64,000 bases of DNA. It comes from Methanoregulaceae archaeon (GTDB lineage: Archaea; Halobacteriota; Methanomicrobia; Methanomicrobiales; Methanospirillaceae). The stretch lies in assembly GCA_035543455.1 (NCBI GenBank), contig DATKKE010000037.1:11532-75531 (forward strand). The letters are read 5' to 3'. Position 1 is the stretch's first letter. Each line of letters opens with the position of its first letter. This document shows, piece after piece, positions 10,282 through 20,067 of this stretch. The notes under the pieces are model-generated. The model did not search any database and was not told where the DNA came from. It was given only the letters and a program-made list of their open reading frames with translations. A program made the position numbers and the translations under genes.

Positions 10282-11073
10282 TCAGATTCGCTCCTCTTTT
10301 GGACCTTCCTGCCCCTTTATAGTCAACAATTCTTTTCTGGCCTTTCCGATGGCAATATTTGGAGTGACCGATTTGGGGCAGACTTTCGCGCAATTGCCAT
10401 GAAACCGGCATGCCCACCAGCCATCAGATGAATCCGCGGAGACCAGCCGCGATCCGTTCCGCGCTTCCCTGGGATCGATATGGAACCGGTACAGGGTGGC
10501 AAGGGCAGCAGGCCCCGGATAACGGGGATTTTCAGCATTGACAGGACAGGCCCCGTAACAAGCTGCACACAGGATACAATTTGTATACGTTTCCAGGTCT
10601 TTTGCGTCTCCCGGGTCCATCAATCGTTCTTTAGCGGGATCCGGGCCGGCAGGTCTGAAAACGGGGTCCAGGAGACGGTAATATCTGAAAAATTCCGACA
10701 TATCGACGACAAGGTCCCTTATAACGGGGAGATGAGGCAGTGGTTCAACGAGTATATCTTCTCCCGGGTCCCATGAAATTGTTTCTGCAATGGCAGGATA
10801 CGGTACGAGATCGATATGTCCGGTTCCTTTCAAAAGGGAACCGACCTGGGTCCGGCATGCAAGTCGTGGAATTTTATTGATGAGCATTGCGCAGGTACCG
10901 CAGACCGCACCCCTGCAGGAATACCGAAACGTTAAGGTCTCGTCAAACTGTTCTTTTATCAGAAAAAGAGCCGAAAGAACTGTCATGCCCGGTCGATCGG
11001 TAAGGGAAAAAACATCATAATGAGCCGATGCTGCCGGTGCAGCTGCCGACCGGTAAATTTTCAGGTTCATCAA
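10282..11073 (-). CDS. sdhB: Succinate dehydrogenase/fumarate reductase iron-sulfur subunit
   Basis: The Cys motifs are CRGAVCGTCAMLINKIPRLAC (2Fe-2S), CILCAACYGACP and CRFHGNCAKVCPK. It overlaps the flavoprotein gene by 4 nt. Confidence 0.9.
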   Translation of the reverse strand: MMNLKIYRSAAAPAASAHYDVFSLTDRPGMTVLSALFLIKEQFDETLTFRYSCRGAVCGTCAMLINKIPRLACRTQVGSLLKGTGHIDLVPYPAIAETISWDPGEDILVEPLPHLPVIRDLVVDMSEFFRYYRLLDPVFRPAGPDPAKERLMDPGDAKDLETYTNCILCAACYGACPVNAENPRYPGPAALATLYRFHIDPREARNGSRLVSADSSDGWWACRFHGNCAKVCPKSVTPNIAIGKARKELLTIKGQEGPKEERI

Positions 11074-12824
11074 TAAACACGCTCCCCAGGTTCGAACATC
11101 CCTGCTCTTACCGGTTCGTACCGTATGGAAACGGATCCCTGTTCAAGAGTGGCGATAGTGTGCATCATGAAACGGGCATCGTCCCTCAAAGGATAGTCCG
11201 TTCGTGCATGCGACCCCCTGCTCTCTTTCCGTTCTATAGCTCCTTTTGCAATCGCGGTTGCAAGGAGAACCATGTTCTGCAGTTCGAATGACTGTATAAT
11301 TGACTGGTTAAAAATCCTGGTTTTATCTCTGACTACAATATTGTGGGACCGGTCCTCTATTGAAGCGAGCATCTCTATTCCTTCGGCCATTGTTTTCTGG
11401 TCCCTGAAAATTCCAAATCTGCTGACCATGATCTCCTTCAGTTCAATTCCCAGGGCGCCGGGGTTTTCACCTGCTTCACGGTTGAGCAGGTACTCTATTT
11501 CTCCATTTATTGCGAAAAGGGCAGTCTCTACTGCCTGTATCGATCCCACGGATTTTTCCCTGATATCCCCGATGATTGTATCGGCAACGATTTTTCCGAA
11601 AACAACGGTTTCAAGAAGGGAATTTCCTCCAAGGCGGTTCGCACCGTGGACACTGATGCAGGCACATTCTCCTGCGGCGTAAAGGCCCGAAATGCATGTT
11701 GCCCCGTTATTATTCACATCGATCCCACCCATTGAATAGTGTTGTGCCGGCTGCACCGGTAGAGGTGACTTAACGGGGTCGATCCCAGCAAAATCAATCG
11801 CAATCTGCCTTATGCCGGGAAGACGGGTCTCGATAAGATCTTCTCCAAGACTTGTAAGGTCCAGGTGGACATAGTCACCGGGAAATCCCCTTCCCTCGAT
11901 TATCTCGGTCTGTATAGCCCGTGCAACCACGTCCCGCGGAGCGAGATCCAACGATGAAGGAGCATAGCGCATCATGAATCTCTCTCCCAGTCGGTTGACC
12001 AGTACCCCTCCTTCGCCCCTGGCACCTTCCGTGATGAGAATATTGGTACCGGCGAGTGAAGTAGGATGAAACTGGACGAATTCCATGTCTTTTAAGGATG
12101 CTCCGGCACGGAAGGCCAGGGCGGTCCCGTCACCGGTATTAATCAGGGCATTGGTTGACCGGGAATAAATTCTCCCGAATCCTCCGGTGGCCATTAGTAC
12201 CGCATCGGCACAAAAACCATGGACACGTCCGGTTCTTAGTTCAAGAGCAGTACACCCTGTACACTTGTCGTTTTCGGTCACGAGTGAAGTCACAAAAAAC
12301 TCTTCATAAACAGGTATCTGCCGTGAGACCAGTTGTTCGTACAGGGTATGGAGAAGGTTATGCCCGGTCCGGTCTGCAGCGTAGCACGTCCTCGGAAAAC
12401 CGGCTCCCCCGAACGGTCTCTGTGCAATTTTTCCATCGTTTCTCCGGGAAAATACCGTCCCCATATGTTCAAGGTCGAACACGGTTTTTGGGGCTTCCCT
12501 GCACATGAGAGCTACAGCATCCTGGTCTGCAAGATAATCGGATCCTTTTACCGTATCATATGCATGGGCCTGCCAGGTATCCTCCCCGGCATCATCGGCA
12601 TTTCCAAGGGCCGCATTGATACCCCCCTGTGCCGCAACCGAATGAGACCTGAGCGGATGGACTTTGGAAATTATTGCGCTGGTAAATCCCTTTTCGTAAA
12701 TTTCCAGTGCGGCCCGGAGACCGGTCAGACCCCCACCAATGATAACGCAGTTATAACGGTGAAGAACTGTTGTATCGGGAACAGGGACCGTGTCCCGGCT
12801 GACGGCTGACATAATGTTGTTCAT
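11070..12824 (-). CDS. sdhA: Succinate dehydrogenase/fumarate reductase flavoprotein subunit
   Basis: The 584-aa product has the FAD fold IIGGGLTGLRAA, the RSHSVAAQGGINA motif and the HGANRLGGNSLLE motif. Confidence 0.92.
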   Translation of the reverse strand: MNNIMSAVSRDTVPVPDTTVLHRYNCVIIGGGLTGLRAALEIYEKGFTSAIISKVHPLRSHSVAAQGGINAALGNADDAGEDTWQAHAYDTVKGSDYLADQDAVALMCREAPKTVFDLEHMGTVFSRRNDGKIAQRPFGGAGFPRTCYAADRTGHNLLHTLYEQLVSRQIPVYEEFFVTSLVTENDKCTGCTALELRTGRVHGFCADAVLMATGGFGRIYSRSTNALINTGDGTALAFRAGASLKDMEFVQFHPTSLAGTNILITEGARGEGGVLVNRLGERFMMRYAPSSLDLAPRDVVARAIQTEIIEGRGFPGDYVHLDLTSLGEDLIETRLPGIRQIAIDFAGIDPVKSPLPVQPAQHYSMGGIDVNNNGATCISGLYAAGECACISVHGANRLGGNSLLETVVFGKIVADTIIGDIREKSVGSIQAVETALFAINGEIEYLLNREAGENPGALGIELKEIMVSRFGIFRDQKTMAEGIEMLASIEDRSHNIVVRDKTRIFNQSIIQSFELQNMVLLATAIAKGAIERKESRGSHARTDYPLRDDARFMMHTIATLEQGSVSIRYEPVRAGMFEPGERVY

Positions 12825-13023
12825 TATCGATAAGGGACATAAAGCATGTGGTACGTAAAGGGGTGATTGAAAACGTTTAAAAGGAGGGAATTTATGGTAA
12901 ATTGTCTCATTACTTTTTTTCCTTACCCATATGACGTGTCGGACCGGTTATATCTGAAAGAAGTACAGGGATCAATTATTTATAATGGGAGGATAATTCA
13001 CGCCTACCAGCAAGTGAGGTTTC

Positions 13024-13353
13024 ATGCATATGACCGAATCAGTTATTGAGCGGCTGAAAAAATTTGAACGTGACCACGAAGTATACGTGGATGCTGCGGA
13101 CGAGAAATCCTACTGGATCATCACGGCAAAAATTCCCCAAAAGGGAAAACATGCGCACAGGATGAAACAATATATCGGTGCGACCAATGCAAAAGGCAGC
13201 GTGGTCGTGATAGATAATCCCGTACTGTCAGAAAACTATTACGTCGAACAATGGGAGGGCATCGAAACCTTTGATGATTTTCTTGAACGCGGGTTTAAAC
13301 GGATCCTGGAAGATATCGAGGAATACGAAACCGGATCGAAGAAGAGTTGTTGA
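13024..13353 (+). CDS. Hypothetical protein (109 aa)
   Basis: GTGAGGT sits just upstream of ATG 13024. The product is charged and soluble-looking. I recognised no family. Confidence 0.5.
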   Translation: MHMTESVIERLKKFERDHEVYVDAADEKSYWIITAKIPQKGKHAHRMKQYIGATNAKGSVVVIDNPVLSENYYVEQWEGIETFDDFLERGFKRILEDIEEYETGSKKSC

Positions 13354-13679
13354 TGTCTGCCGGGGGATTGGTGATCAATGCAGCCGTGTCTTTTTCTTCT
13401 GTTGTCACCTGGAATATGAGAATCGATCACCTCACAATCAAAGCAGGCAGGCCGATGTGACGATTTTTCAGGGTGCTGTTTCGCCCCGTTACCCATGAAA
13501 ACAAAACGGGATGAACCCCCGGGGTCAGGGGCCCTGTTTTATGCGGATCTGTCCGCCCGGCATGATGGTCAGGGCGTCTCGCCAGAAAAACCCAGGGATA
13601 AGATTGTGGTATGAGATCCTCACGGGCATTGCCGACTACTGTCATTTTATTATAATGCGGTAATTACGGATCATTGTTA

Positions 13680-14327
13680 ATGTCCGATATTACCGGGATA
13701 TTTACCAATCTCACGACGACTCTTCCAGTCCAGGTCGAACGCTACGGAGTCTGGATCTACCTGTTGATTTTCCTCTCGATCCTCGTTGCCTCGAGTTTCA
13801 TTATCACGCCATTTCCCGGCAATTCCCTGCTTTTCGTATCAGGAGCACTCAGCACGACGCACCAGCTTGAGATATCGTGGTTGTTATTTACTGCCGTAGC
13901 AGCTGCTTATGTCGGTTACGATATAAATTACTGGAGTGGCAGGCTTCTGGGAATAACGGTCTGTAAACGAGGTTGTCCGGGTGTTTTCGAGGAAAAAAAT
14001 ATCAGAAAATCCCTCGACCTGATGAAACGATACGGGACCATTTCAATAATCGTCAGCCGTTTTATTCCGGCGGTAAATCTTCCGCCTTTTTTTGCCGGGA
14101 TGGAATCGATGAACTACCGGTTCTATGTTGGCATGAACCTCGCCGGGGCCGTTGCCTGGTCCGGGAGTGTCCTCTCCATCGGATACCTGTTCGGTGGAAT
14201 TCAGGTCATCCAGGTGATTCTGCCCGTTCTTTTCTATATTATCGTTATTATCGTTCTTATTTCTCTCGCTGTAACAGTAGTGATAGTGGTAAGGGCATAC
14301 AGTACCGGGAAAACGAGTCCCGGTTAA
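13680..14327 (+). CDS. DedA/SNARE-associated family membrane protein
   Basis: The product is multi-TM and has the DedA-type core VSRFIPAVNLPPFFAGM. Confidence 0.8.
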   Translation: MSDITGIFTNLTTTLPVQVERYGVWIYLLIFLSILVASSFIITPFPGNSLLFVSGALSTTHQLEISWLLFTAVAAAYVGYDINYWSGRLLGITVCKRGCPGVFEEKNIRKSLDLMKRYGTISIIVSRFIPAVNLPPFFAGMESMNYRFYVGMNLAGAVAWSGSVLSIGYLFGGIQVIQVILPVLFYIIVIIVLISLAVTVVIVVRAYSTGKTSPG

Positions 14328-14335
14328 CTGTATAC

Positions 14336-15211
14336 CTATAACCTGATAGATTGGTGTACGAGAGTCTTCACATCAGATTCGGCTTCTTCTATATTTTTTA
14401 CAGAGAACCGGTTGTCCATATCATCAAACAGGATCTCTCCGGCCGGAATAATCCCTGATATTTCCATAAATGCCCTGACGACACGCTTCGTGCAGGTAAA
14501 ATTTGATACCCCTTTCCGGCCCGCAACAGCAAACAATAGTCCCTTTGGCCGATTTTCCAGGATCCCAAGAGTCAGGGCCGCGTGATAAGGCAGGGACCGG
14601 TCGAATACCGTTTTGAGACCTGCCGGGACGGTATTCGTATATACCGGTGAACAGATCGCGACAAGCTCTGCGTTCCTGATGGCATAAAGAATCTCTTCCA
14701 TATCGTCTCTGAATGTACAGGCGCCTGAATTAAAGCACTGGTAACACCCTATGCAGGAATGCAGTTCCATATCGTGGGGAAAGAAGACATGCACGGTCTT
14801 GCCCGCATTCCGTGCGGCTTCCATCACCCACCCTGCAATAAAACCGCAATTACCATCCGCTCTCGGGCTTCCCTGGAGGACAACGACCTCAACCCTGGAT
14901 AACCGGGGATTAACCGGATCGTGTTCTTTCACTGGTGGGATCAGCCTTCCTGGGTCTTCCAGCAGGATTCTCTCCCATTCGTTCATTTTTTCCCGTGAGA
15001 CCTGTTCGGCGTCACCAGGGTACCCGGGGGTATATTCAAACGTGTTGGTTCTGAAAACAAGCGAGAGCTGACCGTTCATTATTAAAGAAACGCAATATCG
15101 AAACATTCCGGGAAAAATACTGGAGAAATCCTCTCTGCTAAGAATAAGGTTATATGTTGCCGTTCCGGTCCTGATCTTCCTGGAATCAAGGATCCGGGTT
15201 TCATCACCCAT
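14336..15211 (-). CDS. Iron-sulfur flavoprotein (NADPH-dependent FMN reductase fold) with an N-terminal extension of about 100 aa
   Basis: It has the flavodoxin-like VVVLQGSPRADGNCG and the compact Cys motif CIGCYQCFNSGAC typical of Isf proteins. Confidence 0.75.
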   Translation of the reverse strand: MGDETRILDSRKIRTGTATYNLILSREDFSSIFPGMFRYCVSLIMNGQLSLVFRTNTFEYTPGYPGDAEQVSREKMNEWERILLEDPGRLIPPVKEHDPVNPRLSRVEVVVLQGSPRADGNCGFIAGWVMEAARNAGKTVHVFFPHDMELHSCIGCYQCFNSGACTFRDDMEEILYAIRNAELVAICSPVYTNTVPAGLKTVFDRSLPYHAALTLGILENRPKGLLFAVAGRKGVSNFTCTKRVVRAFMEISGIIPAGEILFDDMDNRFSVKNIEEAESDVKTLVHQSIRL

Positions 15212-15343
15212 AAGAAGATAGTAAATACGTACCGGTGATATAAAGATGATTACCTGACGCCCGATCAGACCTCATGCCCGCGCAGGCATGCAATTTCGCA
15301 ACCTGCCTGTGAATGAGGGAAATCTAACGGATTCTCCAATAAA

Positions 15344-15361
15344 ATATATATATATATATAT
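15344..15361. repeat. (AT)9 dinucleotide microsatellite in the promoter region of the giant surface-protein gene
   Basis: Eighteen nt of perfect AT alternation, 118 nt upstream of ATG 15479. Confidence 0.85.
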
Positions 15362-15478
15362 TTATGGGTGAAGATCTATGTCAACTTACATATACCAGAT
15401 TGAAATAATATTTGAATGCTTGGATCTATCCACACGGCATCATGTGGTTCGATAGGTCCCGATCAAGGTGGTTGTAAC

Positions 15479-18400
15479 ATGAAGATGAATAGTACTACAG
15501 CTCTGCTCACCATCGGAGTTCTTGTTCTGCTTGCATTAATTCCTGCAGGTTCTGCAAGCCCCCAGGTGACGTATTATACTCCTCACGAAGGCCAGAATAA
15601 TGCCGATGTAATAATATATTACACAGGTATTGGATTTTTATCCGACTGTACTGCGTATCTTTCAAGGACCGGTTACCCTGATATTCATCCGATAAGCATT
15701 TCTCTGGCCAACCAGACGAACCAGTCGGCGCAACTTCTCATTGGAACATATAATCTTGTAGGTGCGGAACCGGGGGACTGGGATATCCATGTCCTGAACA
15801 CGGACGGATCCAATCTTGTCATTCCTGATGGTTTTACCATCACCGGACCTCCGCCACCTACGCCGGGAAGCATATCAGTCAATTCAAACCCTTCGGGTGC
15901 CTTGATATACCTGGACGGAAGCTCTACCGGTCAGACAACAAATTCACTTCTTACCGGTATCACACCAGGGACGCACACTGTTCTCCTGACCCTGACGGGT
16001 TACTACAATGCTTCCCAGCAGGTAACGGTGTATTCGGGACAGACTGCCATTGTGTCCCTGACGCTCGTGCCGATCCCGCCACCGCCTCCTACGACCGGGA
16101 ATATTTCTGTCAGTTCAAATCCGACAGGTGCATTAATTTTCCTTGATGGAAGCAGCACCGGGCTTGTGACGAATTCCCTGTTCACCTCGATCCAACCCGG
16201 GACACACAGTGTTCTCCTGACCCTTCCCGGATATTATAACTCGAGCCAGCAGGTTACCGTCACGGCGGGTCAGACGACACAGGTATATTTCTCGCTCGTG
16301 CCGATCCCGGTCCCGCCGCCCACTACCGGGAACATTTCAATCACGTCCAGCCCGTCAGGAGCCCTGATTTACCTCGACGGTGCCAGTACCGGTCAGAACA
16401 CCAATACTATCCTGCCCAATATCAATCCCGGATCTCATTCGGTGCTGCTGACACTGAGCGGTTACCAGAACTTTACTACCCAGGTTATCGTCGTTGCAGG
16501 ACAAACCACGCAGATATACGCGACACTAAGCCCGATCCAGCCACCGCCTCCTACGACCGGAAATATTTCAGTCAGTTCGAATCCAACCGGTGCCCTCATT
16601 TATCTCGATACCGTGAACACCGGTCAGAATACCAATACGATATTACCAAACATCAATCCCGGGTCACATTCCGTCCGCCTTAACCTGACCGGGTACCAGG
16701 ATGCCACCGCCCAGGTAACGGTAACGGCTGGGCAGACCGCCCAGGTCTTCATCGCTCTCATACCGGCCCCCGGACCCGTTCCGACAACCGGGAATTTATC
16801 GGTGATGTCGAGTCCCACAGGTGCCCTGATATACATCGACAGTTCGAGTACCGGGCAGGCTACCAATTCGGTGATTACCGGAATCGCACCGGGATCGCAT
16901 CTGGTAACGCTCAAACTTACAGGATATCAGGACTTCAACGGCCAGGTCCTTATCACCGCAGGCCAGACGGCTCAGTTGTATGCATCGATGGTCCCGATCC
17001 AGCCACCAGGTCCGACAAAGGGAAATATTTCCGTTACATCGAACCCGGCAGGCGCCCGGGTATACCTTGACGGCGTATTTACCGGTCAGACCACGAATAC
17101 CCAGCTTCAAAACATCGACCCGGGGTCCCATGCTGTGTTGCTGACTCTGCCCGGATACCAGAACGTTACCACCCAGGTGACGGTTACAGCCGGGCAGACG
17201 ACCCAGGTGTTTGTCTCGTTTGTACCTGTGCCGCCGACAAGTGGGAATATATCGGTCAGCTCGGATCCGGCGGGAGCTGCCATTTATCTTGACGGATCAT
17301 CGACTGGTTACGTCACGAATGCCCTTCTTACCGGGATTACTCCGGGTTCTCACACGGTCTCACTGACATTGGCCGGGTACCAGAATGTATCGACGCAGAT
17401 AACAGTGATAGCAGGGCAGACAGTACTGGTTTTCGCTTCTCTCGCCCCGAATCCAACGAGCGGGAATATCCAGGTCAGTTCCGGTCCTTCAGGGGCGATG
17501 ATCTTTCTCGACGGTGCTGATACAGGTCAGGTCACGAATGCCGTACTGAATGGAATCGCACCAGGATCGCATAATGTGGCATTGTCCCTTAGGGGGTACC
17601 AGAACTTCAGTGCCCAGGTTACCGTTACTGCAGGCCAGACGGTACCGATGTATGCCACCCTCATCCCGATAGCCCCGCCAGTCCCAACCACCGGGAATAT
17701 ATCGGTCAGCTCAGGTCCATCGGGCGCAAGGATCTTCCTTGATGGCGTTAACACCGGGCAGATAACAAATTCAGTCATTCCGAACGTTGCTCCGGGATCC
17801 CACTCCGTAGTCATCAACCTCACGGGATACCAGGACGTAGCAGCACAGGTCAATGTAATTGCCGGCCAGACATCCCAGGTGTTTGCCACCTTGACACCAG
17901 TGACACCGCCGGTACCGACAACCGGAAATATCTCGGTGAGTTCCTATCCGACCGGAGCCCTGATCTATCTTGATGGTTCAAATACCGGCCAGACTACAAA
18001 CACAATACTCTATAATATTGCCCCGGGTTCCCATACTATTCTCCTGAATCTCACCGGGTACCAGAACGGGACGGCACAGGTAATGGTTATCGCTGGCCAG
18101 ACTGCCCAGGTCTATGCCACACTTCTTCCTGTTACTCCGCCGGCCCCGACGAAGGGGAGTATATCAGTCTATTCGAGTCCGGTAGGGGCTTTAGTATATC
18201 TTGACGGGGTGAATACGGGTCAGATCACGAACACACTCCTGACCGGAATTACACCCGGATCCCATACGGTTCTTCTGAATCTTACCGGGTATAAAAACAA
18301 TACCGTACAGGTGACCGTGGTTGCCGGCCAGACGACCCAGGTGTTCGTTACACTTACTCCCGTTAAACCACCGGTACCGACAACAGGGGCTATCAGTGTA

Positions 18401-19894
18401 AATTCTAACCCAATGGGGGCCGAAATTTTCCTGGACGGGATGGATACCGGGGAAGAAACCAGTTCCTTGCTGACCGAAATCCAGCCTGGTTCACACAGCG
18501 TTCTTTTGAACCTGACGGGGTACCGGAACAGTTCAGTTCAGGTAACGGTGATCGCTGGCCAGACTGCTCAGGTTTATATTTCCCTGACTCCTGTTCCGCC
18601 ACCGGGACCAACCACGGGTAATATTTCAGTGAACTCTAACCCGATGGGGGCAGAAATCTACCTGGATGGTGTGACAACCGGGCAGGTCACCGATTCGGTA
18701 CTCTATAATCTTAACCCGGGCGCCTACTCGATTCTCCTCACCCTGGCCGGTTACCAGAATTTTACCGGATCGGTAACGGTCGTTGAGGGCCAGACCACCC
18801 AGTTCTATGCAACCCTTGTCCCGTTGCCACCTGTCGCTGACTTCAATGGCTCGCCAAAAGAAGGTAATGCACCGCTGACGGTGCAGTTCACGGACGAGTC
18901 GACCGGGAATGTCACCGGATGGGCCTGGGACTTCAAGAATGACGGAACAATCGAGAGCACGGAACAGAACCCTGCATACACGTACCAGAATCCGGGAACA
19001 TATTCGGTCAACCTGACAGTGACCGGACCAGGGGGATCAGATTCCAAGGTCAGCGAAGAATATATTTCGGTATCGCCGTCACAACCAGTTGCTGATTTCA
19101 CTGCTGACCCCAAATCGGGCCCGGCACCGCTGGCGGTGCAGTTCACGGATGAGTCGACCGGGAATGTCACCGGGTGGGCCTGGGACTTCAAGAATGACGG
19201 AACAATCGAGAGCACGGAACAGAACCCTGCATACACATACCAGAATCCGGGAACATATTCGGTCAACCTGACAGTGACCGGACCGGGGGGATCAGATTCC
19301 AAGGTCAGCGAAGAGTATATCTCTGTATCGCCGTCCCATCCTGTAGCCAATTTCATGGCTAACATCACGGCAGGTTATGCACCGCTGACAATATCGTTCA
19401 CCGATCAATCGACCGGGAATGTGACCGCGTGGGCGTGGGACTTCAATAACGATGGCAATATCGAGAGCAGGGCACAGAACCCCGTATATACGTACCAGAA
19501 TGCCGGAACGTATTCCGTCAACCTGACAGTCACCGGACCCGGTGGGGTCGATTCGAAGGTCAGGGAAGACTATATCCATGTCAATGCAACCCCGGAGGGG
19601 GCCTTTATTGGTAACCCGACATCCGGAATGTTACCGTTACGTGTCCAGTTCACAGAAATAAATACAGGGAATCCGTGGTTGAGATACTGGACGTTCGGGG
19701 ACGCTTCGACGATTGTAACAAGCAAGAACCCGGCTCACGTATACACAACGCCGGGTGATTTCACGGTGTCGTTGACTACCCTGGGACCTGACGGAACTAA
19801 GACCTACACGAGGGAGAGATATATCCACGTCGATCCGAACCCGAATTATACAGCACCATTGACCCTGTTTGTTCCGATTCCCTGGACATTGTAA
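15479..19894 (+). CDS. Giant secreted cell-surface protein with 13 PEGA-type repeats followed by 4 PKD domains
   Basis: The signal peptide is MKMNSTTALLTIGVLVLLALIPAGSA. There are 13 units of about 77 aa beginning G(N/S)ISVxSxPxGAxIYLDG, each with several N-x-S/T sequons. Four PKD units follow, with WDFxxDG and YTYxxxGTYxVxLTV motifs. Confidence 0.9.
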   Translation: MKMNSTTALLTIGVLVLLALIPAGSASPQVTYYTPHEGQNNADVIIYYTGIGFLSDCTAYLSRTGYPDIHPISISLANQTNQSAQLLIGTYNLVGAEPGDWDIHVLNTDGSNLVIPDGFTITGPPPPTPGSISVNSNPSGALIYLDGSSTGQTTNSLLTGITPGTHTVLLTLTGYYNASQQVTVYSGQTAIVSLTLVPIPPPPPTTGNISVSSNPTGALIFLDGSSTGLVTNSLFTSIQPGTHSVLLTLPGYYNSSQQVTVTAGQTTQVYFSLVPIPVPPPTTGNISITSSPSGALIYLDGASTGQNTNTILPNINPGSHSVLLTLSGYQNFTTQVIVVAGQTTQIYATLSPIQPPPPTTGNISVSSNPTGALIYLDTVNTGQNTNTILPNINPGSHSVRLNLTGYQDATAQVTVTAGQTAQVFIALIPAPGPVPTTGNLSVMSSPTGALIYIDSSSTGQATNSVITGIAPGSHLVTLKLTGYQDFNGQVLITAGQTAQLYASMVPIQPPGPTKGNISVTSNPAGARVYLDGVFTGQTTNTQLQNIDPGSHAVLLTLPGYQNVTTQVTVTAGQTTQVFVSFVPVPPTSGNISVSSDPAGAAIYLDGSSTGYVTNALLTGITPGSHTVSLTLAGYQNVSTQITVIAGQTVLVFASLAPNPTSGNIQVSSGPSGAMIFLDGADTGQVTNAVLNGIAPGSHNVALSLRGYQNFSAQVTVTAGQTVPMYATLIPIAPPVPTTGNISVSSGPSGARIFLDGVNTGQITNSVIPNVAPGSHSVVINLTGYQDVAAQVNVIAGQTSQVFATLTPVTPPVPTTGNISVSSYPTGALIYLDGSNTGQTTNTILYNIAPGSHTILLNLTGYQNGTAQVMVIAGQTAQVYATLLPVTPPAPTKGSISVYSSPVGALVYLDGVNTGQITNTLLTGITPGSHTVLLNLTGYKNNTVQVTVVAGQTTQVFVTLTPVKPPVPTTGAISVNSNPMGAEIFLDGMDTGEETSSLLTEIQPGSHSVLLNLTGYRNSSVQVTVIAGQTAQVYISLTPVPPPGPTTGNISVNSNPMGAEIYLDGVTTGQVTDSVLYNLNPGAYSILLTLAGYQNFTGSVTVVEGQTTQFYATLVPLPPVADFNGSPKEGNAPLTVQFTDESTGNVTGWAWDFKNDGTIESTEQNPAYTYQNPGTYSVNLTVTGPGGSDSKVSEEYISVSPSQPVADFTADPKSGPAPLAVQFTDESTGNVTGWAWDFKNDGTIESTEQNPAYTYQNPGTYSVNLTVTGPGGSDSKVSEEYISVSPSHPVANFMANITAGYAPLTISFTDQSTGNVTAWAWDFNNDGNIESRAQNPVYTYQNAGTYSVNLTVTGPGGVDSKVREDYIHVNATPEGAFIGNPTSGMLPLRVQFTEINTGNPWLRYWTFGDASTIVTSKNPAHVYTTPGDFTVSLTTLGPDGTKTYTRERYIHVDPNPNYTAPLTLFVPIPWTL
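15866..18832 (+). repeat. In-frame array of 13 PEGA-domain coding repeats (about 220-231 bp each)
   Basis: I counted the units directly in the translation. Pro-rich PxPPPTT linkers separate them. Confidence 0.85.
18833..19342 (+). repeat. Two tandem, near-identical 255-bp PKD-coding units
   Basis: 18833-19087 and 19088-19342 are nearly identical at the DNA level through their central roughly 200 bp. The shared peptide is QFTDESTGNVTGWAWDFKNDGTIESTEQNPAYTYQNPGTYSVNLTVTGPGGSDSKVSEEYISVSPS. Confidence 0.88.
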
Positions 19895-19895
19895 C

Positions 19896-19913
19896 TTTTT
19901 TCAGCCTTTTTTT
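19896..19913 (+). terminator. Double oligo-T tract (T6 then T7) after the surface-protein gene
   Basis: The sequence TTTTTTCAGCCTTTTTTT begins 2 nt after the stop codon. Confidence 0.45.
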
Positions 19914-20067
19914 CAAGCGATGAAGAATATTCTTTACCGGATCCGTTTCCCGACCGGTTATTTTTTAGGTCATAATGACTCTATTGGGTACATTTTTTTC
20001 ACGTTTATCAAATGAAGGTGCAACCTGATTTATCTCAGAAATTTGTCTTGGGCCTGCATAAAAAAAG

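Noticed and set aside
18805-19368. 187-aa minus-strand ORF with an internal repeat.
   Set aside because: Its internal repetition only mirrors the duplicated PKD units on the plus strand, so it is a shadow ORF.
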